A DNA stretch of 64,000 bases from an uncultured Marinobacterium sp. (lineage in GTDB: Bacteria; Pseudomonadota; Gammaproteobacteria; Pseudomonadales; Balneatricaceae). Position numbers and translations under genes: made by a program. Below are positions 44,600 through 55,300 of the stretch, piece by piece; the stretch's first letter is position 1; each line of letters begins with the position of its first letter. The stretch is taken from assembly GCA_963677795.1 (NCBI GenBank), contig OY782520.1, positions 2,516,171 to 2,580,170 on the forward strand. Reading direction: 5' to 3'. The notes beneath the pieces were generated by a model. It was not told the origin of the DNA. It saw nothing but the letters and a program-made list of their open reading frames with translations, and did no database searches.

Positions 44600-47500
44600 A
44601 TGGCCTATATCTGCTCATCAACAAAAACAACAGTCCTGGAGCAGCTTGTTAACCTCATTCGAGATCAGCTCGATGAGGCGGAAGCCGAGTCTGCGATTGT
44701 TTTTTCCACCGATTCCGATGCTTCGCCTTCACCCCAGGATCTGGTGGCGATCGAGGCACGTGTCCTCGAAGCTTCCCGCTCCTGGGATGACGAATTCCAG
44801 ACCCGGCTGATCGAAAGTCTTGGCAACGAGGAAGGTGGCAGCCTTGCCCGTCAGTTCAGGGGCGCTTTCCCAATTGCCTACCGCGCCCGCTTTTCACCCC
44901 GTCAGGCGCTGGCCGATATTCAACAGGTGCTGAGACTGGCCGATGGGGCTGGGGTCAGTCTTGGTTTTTACCAGGCTAATGAACTGGCGGCGGATGAGCT
45001 GCGTTTCAAACTGGTCTGTCCGGGTGAGCCCTTGGTGCTGTCCGATGTGATTCCCATGCTGGAAAATCTGGGCATGCGCGTGCTGAGCGAACATCCCTAT
45101 ACCCTGGAATGTCCTGATGGTGGCACCTATGGCATCAGCGACTTTCGGGTCAGCTGTCCAGCCAGTGGTGCGGCGCTGGAGACCGGCAAGCGCATGTTGC
45201 AGCGGGCCATTGAGCCGATCTGGCAGGGCCGGGTCGAGAATGACCTCTTCAATCAGCTGATCGTGCGTGCCGGCATGGACTGGCGCGAAGTGGCCCTGCT
45301 GCGAGCCTATGCGCGTTACATGAAGCAGTTGCGTTTTGGTATCAGTCAGCACTTCATCGCCGATACGCTCGCCCGTCATTTGAATATCGCGCAACTGCTG
45401 GTGTCGTATTTTCGTGCCCGGTTCGAACCGGAAATACCTGCCCACGAGCGCCGTCAGGCCGTGTTGGAACGTCTGGAACGGGAGCTTCTCGAGGCGCTGG
45501 ATCAGGTCGAAACGCTGGATGACGATCGTATTCTGCGCCGCTTCCTGGTGCTGATGAAAGCCACGCTGAGAACCAACTATTATCAGCGTGATGAGCAGGG
45601 AGAGCCCAAGGGCTATTTCTCCTTCAAGCTGGAGCCCTCGGTCATTCCCGATATTCCTCAGCCCCGTCCCCGCTTCGAGATATTCGTTTATTCGCCCCGG
45701 ATAGAAGGGGTGCACCTGCGTGCCGGGCGCATCGCCCGCGGCGGCTTGCGCTGGTCGGATCGTATCGAAGACTACCGCACTGAAGTGCTGGGCCTGGTCA
45801 AGGCGCAGCAGGTGAAAAACTCGGTGATTGTCCCCGCTGGCGCCAAGGGCTGTTTCATCGTCAAGCAACCGCCACAGGAAGGCGGGCGCGAAGCGCTGCA
45901 GGCGGAGGGGGTTGCCTGCTACCAGACTTTCATTCGTGGCCTGCTGGATCTGGCGGACAATCTTGCAGCCGGGCAGGTGGTCGCGCCGGCCGACGTGGTG
46001 CGTCATGACGAGGATGATCCTTATCTGGTCGTTGCGGCCGACAAGGGTACGGCGACCTTCTCCGATATTGCCAACCGGATTTCGGCGGAGTACGGCTTCT
46101 GGCTGGGTGATGCCTTTGCCTCCGGTGGCAGCGACGGCTATGACCATAAGAAGATGGGCATTACGGCCCGGGGCGCCTGGGAGTCGGTCAAGCGGCACTT
46201 CCGTGAGCGTGGACTCGATACCCAGACACAGGCGTTCACGGCGGTGGGCATCGGTGACATGGGCGGCGATGTGTTCGGCAACGGCATGCTGCTGTCCGAC
46301 CGTATTCGACTGGTCGGTGCGTTCAACCACCAGCATATCTTTGTTGATCCCGCGCCGGATGAGGTGCTGTCTTTCCACGAACGCCAGCGCCTGTTCGCAC
46401 TGCCGCGTTCCTCCTGGACTGACTACGATGCCAGCCTGATCAGCAAGGGGGGCGGTGTCTTCTCTCGCGCGGCCAAGTGGATCCCGCTGTCCGACGAGAT
46501 GCGTGCGCTGCTGCAGGTCGATGCCGTACGGCTGACCCCGAACGAGCTGATCCAGGCGCTGCTGACCGCGCCGGTGGACCTGCTCTGGAACGGTGGTATC
46601 GGCACCTATATCAAGGCGCGTGAGGAGTCGCATGAGGCGGTCGGCGACAAGTCGAACGATAGTCTCAGGATCAATGCCGAGCAGCTGCGCTGTCAGGTGC
46701 TGGGCGAGGGCGGCAATCTGGGGGCGACCCAGCGTGGCCGCATCGAATTTGCCCGTGCGGGTGGCGCCGCGAATACCGATTTCATCGATAACGCCGGCGG
46801 CGTCGACTGCTCGGACCATGAGGTCAACATCAAGATTCTGCTTAACGAGCGTGTTCAGCAGGGCGAGATGAGCCTGGCCGAGCGCAACCAGATGCTGCGC
46901 GACATGACGCCGGAAGTGGCCGAGCTGGTGCTCAGCAACAACTATCGCCAGGCGTTTGCCTTGAGCGTTGCCACGGCGGCAGCTGCAGGTTCTCTGGAGG
47001 ATCAGATGCGCTTCATCAAGCGCCTTGAGGACGCCGGCAAGCTGGACCGGGCGCTGGAGTGCCTGCCTGGCGACGATGAATTGCAGCAGCGCCGCGGTAA
47101 CGGGACCGGGCTGACCCGTCCTGAGCTGTCGGTGCTGATCTGCTATGCCAAGATAGAACTGAAGCAGGCGCTGGTTCATTCCTGGATTGCGCAGGATTTG
47201 CGCTACTCCCGCGCGCTGCATGATGCCTTCCCGCCATCCCTGAGAGAGGCGTTCCCGGAAGCGATCGATCAGCACCGGCTGCGGGCGGAGATCAGTTCCA
47301 CCCAGATTGCCAATGATCTGGTCAACCGGATGGGCATCACCTGGATGGACCGGATGCGCGATGCCACGGGCGCCGAGCCGGCCGATATAGCTGCGTCCTA
47401 TCTCATCGCCTGTCAGGTGTTTGATGTGGACCGCCGCTGGGCGGCGATTGAAGCGCTGGACGGCCGGGTGATGACAGCGGTTCAGATCGAACTGATGGGC

Positions 47501-48136
47501 GAACTGACTGAGCAGCTGACCCGTGGCAGCCACTGGTTGCTGCAGCATTGTCGTCAGGATCTGGATCCTGACGTGATCAGCCAGCGCTACCGTGCAGCGC
47601 TGGAGCAGGTGATGGCTTCGCCGGAAGCGCTGGGCAGTGTTATCCCCAAGGAACGCTGGCATGCGCGCTATAGCGGCTTTGCCGACCAAGGGGTTCCCGA
47701 GCCGTTGGCGCTGTACTGTGCTTCGGCCGAAAGCCGTTACTGGCTGATGGATATCATCGATCTCAGCGTGCAGCTTGAGCAACCGCTGGTGGCGGTGGCC
47801 GAGGTCTATTTCAGCCTGGGTGAAGGGCTGAGCCTGACCTGGCTGGATCGGCAGATGCGGGCATTCCGCGCAGACAGTCACTGGCAGCAGATGGCGGTCA
47901 TCGGCTTCCGCAATGAGCTGGACCATCAACTGCGTGTGCTGACATCGGCGGTGTTCGAGCTGGATCGTGAAGCGACCTGTCTGACGCCCGAGATACGCAT
48001 TCAGCACTGGCGTGATCAGCAGGCCGGGCGGGTGGCTCGCTGGCAGCGCACTCTGTCCGATATGCAGGGCAGTACAGTCATCGACTGTGCCGTGCTGCTG
48101 GTTGCTCAGGGGGTACTGCGTGAACTGGCCAGCTGA
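44600..48136 (+). CDS. gdhB: large NAD-specific glutamate dehydrogenase, shortened form (1178 aa from ATG 44600)
   Basis: GVHLR...ARGGLRWSDR, KGCF, DPYLVVAADKGTATFSD, YDHKKMGITARGAW, GDMGGDVFGNG, DNAGGVDCSDHEVNIK. Confidence 0.9.
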   Translation: MAYICSSTKTTVLEQLVNLIRDQLDEAEAESAIVFSTDSDASPSPQDLVAIEARVLEASRSWDDEFQTRLIESLGNEEGGSLARQFRGAFPIAYRARFSPRQALADIQQVLRLADGAGVSLGFYQANELAADELRFKLVCPGEPLVLSDVIPMLENLGMRVLSEHPYTLECPDGGTYGISDFRVSCPASGAALETGKRMLQRAIEPIWQGRVENDLFNQLIVRAGMDWREVALLRAYARYMKQLRFGISQHFIADTLARHLNIAQLLVSYFRARFEPEIPAHERRQAVLERLERELLEALDQVETLDDDRILRRFLVLMKATLRTNYYQRDEQGEPKGYFSFKLEPSVIPDIPQPRPRFEIFVYSPRIEGVHLRAGRIARGGLRWSDRIEDYRTEVLGLVKAQQVKNSVIVPAGAKGCFIVKQPPQEGGREALQAEGVACYQTFIRGLLDLADNLAAGQVVAPADVVRHDEDDPYLVVAADKGTATFSDIANRISAEYGFWLGDAFASGGSDGYDHKKMGITARGAWESVKRHFRERGLDTQTQAFTAVGIGDMGGDVFGNGMLLSDRIRLVGAFNHQHIFVDPAPDEVLSFHERQRLFALPRSSWTDYDASLISKGGGVFSRAAKWIPLSDEMRALLQVDAVRLTPNELIQALLTAPVDLLWNGGIGTYIKAREESHEAVGDKSNDSLRINAEQLRCQVLGEGGNLGATQRGRIEFARAGGAANTDFIDNAGGVDCSDHEVNIKILLNERVQQGEMSLAERNQMLRDMTPEVAELVLSNNYRQAFALSVATAAAAGSLEDQMRFIKRLEDAGKLDRALECLPGDDELQQRRGNGTGLTRPELSVLICYAKIELKQALVHSWIAQDLRYSRALHDAFPPSLREAFPEAIDQHRLRAEISSTQIANDLVNRMGITWMDRMRDATGAEPADIAASYLIACQVFDVDRRWAAIEALDGRVMTAVQIELMGELTEQLTRGSHWLLQHCRQDLDPDVISQRYRAALEQVMASPEALGSVIPKERWHARYSGFADQGVPEPLALYCASAESRYWLMDIIDLSVQLEQPLVAVAEVYFSLGEGLSLTWLDRQMRAFRADSHWQQMAVIGFRNELDHQLRVLTSAVFELDREATCLTPEIRIQHWRDQQAGRVARWQRTLSDMQGSTVIDCAVLLVAQGVLRELAS

Positions 48137-48230
48137 CATCCTGGATTAGCACTGACTTTCCGGCCTGCCTGAAAGGGCAGGCGCCATTTCTTTTGCCTGG
48201 TTGCGGCAGGACCTGCCGTGCCGACCTTGT

Positions 48231-48255
48231 CCCCGGCCTGGTGCCGGGGTTTTTT
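48231..48255 (+). terminator. intrinsic terminator after gdh
   Basis: CCCCGGC-ctggt-GCCGGGG-TTTTTT. Confidence 0.75.
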
Positions 48256-48413
48256 ATGGTTGAAATGACTTTTTGATCTGTTTTTTGTGGTCGATTTTTT
48301 ATTTTTATATATCAATTAAAAAACAATATTAATGTTTTTTGGTTGATTATGGGAAAAGTGGTTTTTGTTGGCTGTGTAGAATGGCGAAAAAGTTTTAAGC
48401 ACAGGAGACCGAT

Positions 48414-51400
48414 ATGGCCCAGCAACCTGCACACCTGACACTGAACACTTGCCGCGAGGCGGTGCGTGCCAATTATCTGGCCGATGAATATACCGTAATC
48501 AGTGAGTTGATTGCCGGAGCCGATCTGTCATCCTCAATACGCGACAGTATTGGTGCGCGAGCGGCCGAACTGGTGCGCAATGTGCGCGGCAACTCCAAAC
48601 CCACCATGATGGAAAAATTCCTGGCACAGTACGGCCTGACCACCAAGGAAGGCGTCGCGCTGATGTGTCTGGCCGAGGCGCTGCTGCGTGTTCCGGACAA
48701 CGTCACCATCCATGAGCTGATCGAAGACAAGATCGCGTCCGGTCAGTGGTCAGAGCACCGTGGCAAGGCCAAGTCGTCCCTGATCAACACCACTACCTGG
48801 AGCCTGATGGTCGCCGGCAAGCTGATCAGCCCGTCCGACCAGAAGAGCCTGATGGAAACCCTGCGTGGTCTGGTCAAGCGCATGGGTGACCCGATGGTGC
48901 GCACCGTGGCACACCAGGCGATGAAGGAGATGGGGCGTCAGTTCGTGCTGGGCCGTACCATTCAGGAAGCGCTCAAGCGTGCCGGCAAGTACGAATCCAA
49001 GGGCTACACCTATTCCTATGACATGCTGGGTGAAGCGGCCCGTACCGATGCCGATGCACAGCGCTACCATCAGGACTATGCCCGTGCCATCAGCGAGCTG
49101 AAAGAACACTGCATCCACACGGATATCCGTCAGAACCCCGGTATCTCCGTCAAGCTGTCGGCGCTGCACGCCCGTTACGAATTCGGCCAGCGCGAGCGCG
49201 TGATGGACGAGCTGGTGCCCCGTGCACTGGATCTGGCCAAGCAGGCCAAGGCCGCCAACATGGGCTTCAACATCGACGCGGAAGAGGCGGATCGTCTTGA
49301 CCTGTCGCTGGACGTGATCGAAGCGGTACTGTCCGACCCGGCACTGGCCGGCTGGGACGGTTTCGGCATCGTGGTACAGGCATTCGGCAAGCGTGCCTCT
49401 CAGGTGCTGGACTGGCTCTATGCGCTGGCAACCAGGCTGGATCGCCGCATCATGGTGCGTCTGGTCAAGGGCGCCTACTGGGACGCCGAAATCAAGCGTG
49501 CCCAGGTGATGGGGCTGGACGGTTTTCCGGTGTTCACCCGCAAGGCATGCAGTGATGTCTCCTACATGGCCTGCGCGAAAAAGCTGCTGGCGATGACCGA
49601 TCGCATCTACCCGCAGTTCGCGACCCACAACGCGCACTCCGTATCCGCGATCAAGGAATTGGCCCAGGGCCGCGACTGCTTCGAGTTCCAGCGCCTGCAC
49701 GGCATGGGCGAGTCCCTGCATGAAGCGGTGATGAGTGAAGGCAACAGCCGCTGCCGTATCTACGCGCCGGTTGGTGCGCATCAGGACCTGCTGGCCTACC
49801 TGGTCCGTCGTCTGCTGGAAAACGGTGCCAACAGCTCTTTCGTGAACCAGATCGTCGATACCCGCATCACGCCGGAAGAGATCGCCCGTGACCCGATCAG
49901 CCTGGTAGAAGCGCTGGGTAAAGAGGTGTCCAGCAAGGCGATTGTGCGCCCGGAAAACATCTTTGGTGCGAACCGCCTCAACTCCAAGGGCTGGGATATC
50001 ACCGATCCGGTCAACGTCAAATTCATGGAGCAGGCGCGTGGCGCCTTCCGTAACCAGACCTGGACCGGTGGTCCGGTATTGGCCGCTGAAGTCGTGGGTT
50101 CAGGTGTGCAGGAAGTACGCAACCCGGCCGACCCGGATGATCTGGTCGGTCACCTGACTCAGGCGTCAGCCGAGGATATCGAAGCCGCGATCGCCGCGTC
50201 TCAGCAGGGCTTTGCGCTCTGGTCCGCGCTGTCCGTCGAGGAGCGTGCCGAGCGTATCGCACGCGTAGGTGACCTCTTCGAGGAGCATACCCACGAGCTG
50301 TTTGCGCTGGCCACCCGTGAAGCGGGCAAGACGCTGCTGGACGGTATTGCCGAGATTCGTGAGGCGGTGGACTTTGCCCGTTTCTATGCCAACGAGGCAG
50401 TACGTAACCAGAATGCGGGTGAAGCTCGTGGCGTGATCTCCTGCATCTCGCCGTGGAACTTCCCGCTGGCCATCTTTACCGGTCAGGTACTGGCCGGTCT
50501 TGCGGCCGGTAACGCCGTACTGGCCAAGCCGGCCGGTCAGACCGCACTGATCGCCACCCGTGCCGTCGAGCTGATGCACGAAGCGGGTATCCCGAAAGAG
50601 GCGGTCCAGCTGCTGCCGGGCAGCGGTGCTACCGTAGGTACGGCGCTGACCTCCGATCCACGCATCGCCGGTGTCTGCTTTACCGGTTCTACCGCGACCG
50701 CTCAGCGTATCAACCACGTGATGGCCGACAGCATGGCGCCGGATGCGCCGCTGGTGGCCGAGACCGGTGGTCTGAACGCGATGATCGTCGACTCCACGGC
50801 GCTGCCTGAACAGGTCGTCCGTGACGTGCTGGCGTCCTCGTTCCAGAGTGCCGGTCAGCGTTGTTCCGCGCTGCGCATGCTGTATGTGCAGAAGGATATC
50901 GCCGATCACCTGCTGGAGATGCTGTTCGGTGCCATGGATGAGCTGCGCGTAGGCAACCCCTGGCTGCTGTCCACAGACGTGGGTCCCGTGATCGATCAGG
51001 CGGCCAAGGCCGGTATCGAGGCGCACTGCGACAAGTTCGAACAGATGGGACGCGTGCTGAAAAAGCTGGCGGTGCCGGCCAAGGGCCTGTTCGTGGCACC
51101 GACGGTAATCCGTCTGAACGGTATCGAAGAGCTGGAAGAGGAGATCTTCGGTCCGGTACTGCACGTGGCAACCTTCGAAGCCCGCGATCTCGATAAGGTG
51201 GTGGACGACATCAACGCCAAGGGATTCGGCCTCACCTTCGGTCTGCACACCCGTGTGGATAGCCGTGTCGAGCGCATCGTCAAGCGGATCAAGGTGGGCA
51301 ATACCTACGTCAACCGCAACCAGATCGGTGCCATCGTCGGTTCCCAGCCATTCGGCGGCGAAGGCCTGTCCGGTACCGGTCCCAAGGCTGGTGGCCCGCA

Positions 51401-52037
51401 CTACGTGCGCCGCTTCATGAAGGCGGATGCCGTTCAGGGTCAGGCCGATGACGCGGCTACGGTCGTAGGCGCCGAGGCGCTCAAGGCCGCGATCCAGCAG
51501 CTGCAATCGGTGGCAATTCAGCCGCCGCTGGCACGCCTGAGTGCCCTGCAGCCGTTCTTCGCGGATACGCCGGCACCGCTGGATATTGAGCCCGAGTTCA
51601 TGCCGGGGCCGACCGGTGAACTGAATCGCCTGTCCAACTGCCCGCGTGGACTGGTGCTCTGCCTGGGGCCGGACAAGGCGTCCGCACTGGCGCAGGCCAG
51701 GGTCGCGCTGTCACAGGGCAACAAGGTTGTTGTGGTGGCACCGGGCATCACGGTGGACGTGGCACGTGCCACCGAAGCCGGCCTGCCGGTTGTCGGTATT
51801 GACGGTCTGCTGGATGCTGCTGCGCTGACGGACGTGGATGGTTTTGAAGCGGTCGCCAGCGCGGCAGCTCAGGAGCTGCTGCGCCGCTACCGTCTGGCAC
51901 TGGCGGCCCGTGATGGCGCGCTGCTGCCGCTGATCACCGAGTACACACTGCCGGAGCGCTTTGTGATCGAGCGCCACCTGTGCGTGGACACCACGGCTGC
52001 AGGCGGCAACGCCAGCCTGATCGCGTCTTCCGAGTAA
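48414..52037 (+). CDS. putA: bifunctional proline dehydrogenase / P5C dehydrogenase PutA (no N-terminal RHH domain)
   Basis: LMCLAEALLR, SYDMLGE, RLVKGAYWD, EFQRLHGMG, RRLLENGANSSF, ETGGLN, SAGQRCSA, EIFGP. Confidence 0.98.
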   Translation: MAQQPAHLTLNTCREAVRANYLADEYTVISELIAGADLSSSIRDSIGARAAELVRNVRGNSKPTMMEKFLAQYGLTTKEGVALMCLAEALLRVPDNVTIHELIEDKIASGQWSEHRGKAKSSLINTTTWSLMVAGKLISPSDQKSLMETLRGLVKRMGDPMVRTVAHQAMKEMGRQFVLGRTIQEALKRAGKYESKGYTYSYDMLGEAARTDADAQRYHQDYARAISELKEHCIHTDIRQNPGISVKLSALHARYEFGQRERVMDELVPRALDLAKQAKAANMGFNIDAEEADRLDLSLDVIEAVLSDPALAGWDGFGIVVQAFGKRASQVLDWLYALATRLDRRIMVRLVKGAYWDAEIKRAQVMGLDGFPVFTRKACSDVSYMACAKKLLAMTDRIYPQFATHNAHSVSAIKELAQGRDCFEFQRLHGMGESLHEAVMSEGNSRCRIYAPVGAHQDLLAYLVRRLLENGANSSFVNQIVDTRITPEEIARDPISLVEALGKEVSSKAIVRPENIFGANRLNSKGWDITDPVNVKFMEQARGAFRNQTWTGGPVLAAEVVGSGVQEVRNPADPDDLVGHLTQASAEDIEAAIAASQQGFALWSALSVEERAERIARVGDLFEEHTHELFALATREAGKTLLDGIAEIREAVDFARFYANEAVRNQNAGEARGVISCISPWNFPLAIFTGQVLAGLAAGNAVLAKPAGQTALIATRAVELMHEAGIPKEAVQLLPGSGATVGTALTSDPRIAGVCFTGSTATAQRINHVMADSMAPDAPLVAETGGLNAMIVDSTALPEQVVRDVLASSFQSAGQRCSALRMLYVQKDIADHLLEMLFGAMDELRVGNPWLLSTDVGPVIDQAAKAGIEAHCDKFEQMGRVLKKLAVPAKGLFVAPTVIRLNGIEELEEEIFGPVLHVATFEARDLDKVVDDINAKGFGLTFGLHTRVDSRVERIVKRIKVGNTYVNRNQIGAIVGSQPFGGEGLSGTGPKAGGPHYVRRFMKADAVQGQADDAATVVGAEALKAAIQQLQSVAIQPPLARLSALQPFFADTPAPLDIEPEFMPGPTGELNRLSNCPRGLVLCLGPDKASALAQARVALSQGNKVVVVAPGITVDVARATEAGLPVVGIDGLLDAAALTDVDGFEAVASAAAQELLRRYRLALAARDGALLPLITEYTLPERFVIERHLCVDTTAAGGNASLIASSE

Positions 52038-52048
52038 TCAGCGCCCAT

Positions 52049-52088
52049 GAGCCCCGCCCGTCTCATCGAGTTGAGACGGGCGGGGCTC
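52049..52088 (+). terminator. 17-bp perfect hairpin after putA
   Basis: GAGCCCCGCCCGTCTCA-tcgagt-TGAGACGGGCGGGGCTC; U-tract displaced by about 9 nt. Confidence 0.6.
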
Positions 52089-52364
52089 CACATGGCGTTT
52101 TTTCATGACAACGGCTGATGATCAGCCGGAAAAAGAGCGATCCCCATGAATAATGTACAGTTGATGCCGGTTGACCCGCTTTGGCAAGGACAAGCTCGAT
52201 ACTCGCATGCAGGCAATAAGGGCATACGGGCGGCGGTGTGTTACGAGGCCTGGCCAACCCTGAGTGCAGATGAAGAAGATGAGGGGTTTATCCGCTCATC
52301 GAACTGAATTAATCCGTCTTGAGATGACTGAAAAGCCAGGCGGCATTTCGGTTTCTTGTTTCCA

Positions 52365-55300
52365 GCACAAACGAAAAAGCCGGCACCTTTCGGTTACCGG
52401 CTTTCTCTGAATTTGGTAGCGGGGGCTGGATTTGAACCAACGACCTTCGCCCGGGGTTATGAAGGGCTGAGCCCGACGAGCCCGCTCGTCTTTCCCGCTT
52501 ATCCATGTATTGCACAAACGAAAAAGCCGGCACCTTTCGGTTACCGGCTTTCTCTGAATTTGGTAGCGGGGGCTGGATTTGAACCAACGACCTTCGCCCG
52601 GGGTTGTGAAGAGTTGAGCCCGACGAGCCCGCTCGTCTTTCCCGCTTATCCATGTATTGCACAAACGAAAAAGCCGGCACCTTTCGGTTACCGGCTTTCT
52701 CTGAATTTGGTAGCGGGGGCTGGATTTGAACCAACGACCTTCGCCCGGGGTTATGAAGGGCTGAGCCCGACGAGCCCGCTCGTCTTTCCCGCTTATCCAT
52801 GTATTGCACAAACGAAAAAGCCGGCACCTTTCGGTTACCGGCTTTCTCTGAATTTGGTAGCGGGGGCTGGATTTGAACCAACGACCTTCGCCCGGGGTTA
52901 TGAAGGGCTGAGCCCGACGAGCCCGCTCGTCTTTCCCGCTTATCCATGTATTGCACAAACGAAAAAGCCGGCACCTTTCGGTTACCGGCTTTCTCTGAAT
53001 TTGGTAGCGGGGGCTGGATTTGAACCAACGACCTTCGCCCGGGGTTATGAAGGGCTGAGCCCGACGAGCCCGCTCGTCTTTCCCGCTTATCCATGTATTG
53101 CACAAACGAAAAAGCCGGCACCTTTCGGTTACCGGCTTTCTCTGAATTTGGTAGCGGGGGCTGGATTTGAACCAACGACCTTCGCCCGGGGTTATGAAGG
53201 GCTGAGCCCGACGAGCCCGCTCGTCTTTCCCGCTTATCCATGTATTGCACAAACGAAAAAGCCGGCACCTTTCGGTTACCGGCTTTCTCTGAATTTGGTA
53301 GCGGGGGCTGGATTTGAACCAACGACCTTCGCCCGGGGTTGTGAAGAGTTGAGCCCGACGAGCCCGCTCGTCTTTCCCGCTTATCCATGTATTGCACAAA
53401 CGAAAAAGCCGGCACCTTTCGGTTACCGGCTTTCTCTGAATTTGGTAGCGGGGGCTGGATTTGAACCAACGACCTTCGCCCGGGGTTGTGAAGAGTTGAG
53501 CCCGACGAGCCCGCTCGTCTTTCCCGCTTATCCATGTATTGCACAAACGAAAAAGCCGGCACCTTTCGGTTACCGGCTTTCTCTGAATTTGGTAGCGGGG
53601 GCTGGATTTGAACCAACGACCTTCGCCCGGGGTTGTGAAGAGTTGAGCCCGACGAGCCCGCTCGTCTTTCCCGCTTATCCATGTATTGCACAAACGAAAA
53701 AGCCGGCACCTTTCGGTTACCGGCTTTCTCTGAATTTGGTAGCGGGGGCTGGATTTGAACCAACGACCTTCGCCCGGGGTTATGAAGGGCTGAGCCCGAC
53801 GAGCCCGCTCGTCTTTCCCGCTTATCCATGTATTGCACAAACGAAAAAGCCGGCACCTTTCGGTTACCGGCTTTCTCTGAATTTGGTAGCGGGGGCTGGA
53901 TTTGAACCAACGACCTTCGCCCGGGGTTATGAAGGGCTGAGCCCGACGAGCCCGCTCGTCTTTCCCGCTTATCCATGTATTGCACAAACGAAAAAGCCGG
54001 CACCTTTCGGTTACCGGCTTTCTCTGAATTTGGTAGCGGGGGCTGGATTTGAACCAACGACCTTCGCCCGGGGTTATGAAGGGCTGAGCCCGACGAGCCC
54101 GCTCGTCTTTCCCGCTTATCCATGTATTGCACAAACGAAAAAGCCGGCACCTTTCGGTTACCGGCTTTCTCTGAATTTGGTAGCGGGGGCTGGATTTGAA
54201 CCAACGACCTTCGCCCGGGGTTATGAAGGGCTGAGCCCGACGAGCCCGCTCGTCTTTCCCGCTTATCCATGTATTGCACAAACGAAAAAGCCGGCACCTT
54301 TCGGTTACCGGCTTTCTCTGAATTTGGTAGCGGGGGCTGGATTTGAACCAACGACCTTCGCCCGGGGTTATGAAGGGCTGAGCCCGACGAGCCCGCTCGT
54401 CTTTCCCGCTTATCCATGTATTGCACAAACGAAAAAGCCGGCACCTTTCGGTTACCGGCTTTCTCTGAATTTGGTAGCGGGGGCTGGATTTGAACCAACG
54501 ACCTTCGCCCGGGGTTATGAAGGGCTGAGCCCGACGAGCCCGCTCGTCTTTCCCGCTTATCCATGTATTGCACAAACGAAAAAGCCGGCACCTTTCGGTT
54601 ACCGGCTTTCTCTGAATTTGGTAGCGGGGGCTGGATTTGAACCAACGACCTTCGCCCGGGGTTATGAAGGGCTGAGCCCGACGAGCCCGCTCGTCTTTCC
54701 CGCTTATCCATGTATTGCACAAACGAAAAAGCCGGCACCTTTCGGTTACCGGCTTTCTCTGAATTTGGTAGCGGGGGCTGGATTTGAACCAACGACCTTC
54801 GCCCGGGGTTGTGAAGAGTTGAGCCCGACGAGCCCGCTCGTCTTTCCCGCTTATCCATGTATTGCACAAACGAAAAAGCCGGCACCTTTCGGTTACCGGC
54901 TTTCTCTGAATTTGGTAGCGGGGGCTGGATTTGAACCAACGACCTTCGCCCGGGGTTGTGAAGAGTTGAGCCCGACGAGCCCGCTCGTCTTTCCCGCTTA
55001 TCCATGTATTGCACAAACGAAAAAGCCGGCACCTTTCGGTTACCGGCTTTCTCTGAATTTGGTAGCGGGGGCTGGATTTGAACCAACGACCTTCGCCCGG
55101 GGTTATGAAGGGCTGAGCCCGACGAGCCCGCTCGTCTTTCCCGCTTATCCATGTATTGCACAAACGAAAAAGCCGGCACCTTTCGGTTACCGGCTTTCTC
55201 TGAATTTGGTAGCGGGGGCTGGATTTGAACCAACGACCTTCGCCCGGGGTTATGAAGGGCTGAGCCCGACGAGCCCGCTCGTCTTTCCCGCTTATCCATG

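Noticed and set aside
52146-52307. 53-codon ORF after putA (MNNVQLMPVDPLW...)
   Set aside because: Weak RBS, no recognisable family, and too short to support.
52498-52506. Repeated DnaA-box-like TTATCCATG; iteron or origin interpretation of the array; 147 bp = 14 helical turns
   Set aside because: Two mismatches to TTATCCACA, only one site per unit, no AT-rich unwinding element and no rep or dnaA context. The helical phasing may be coincidence.
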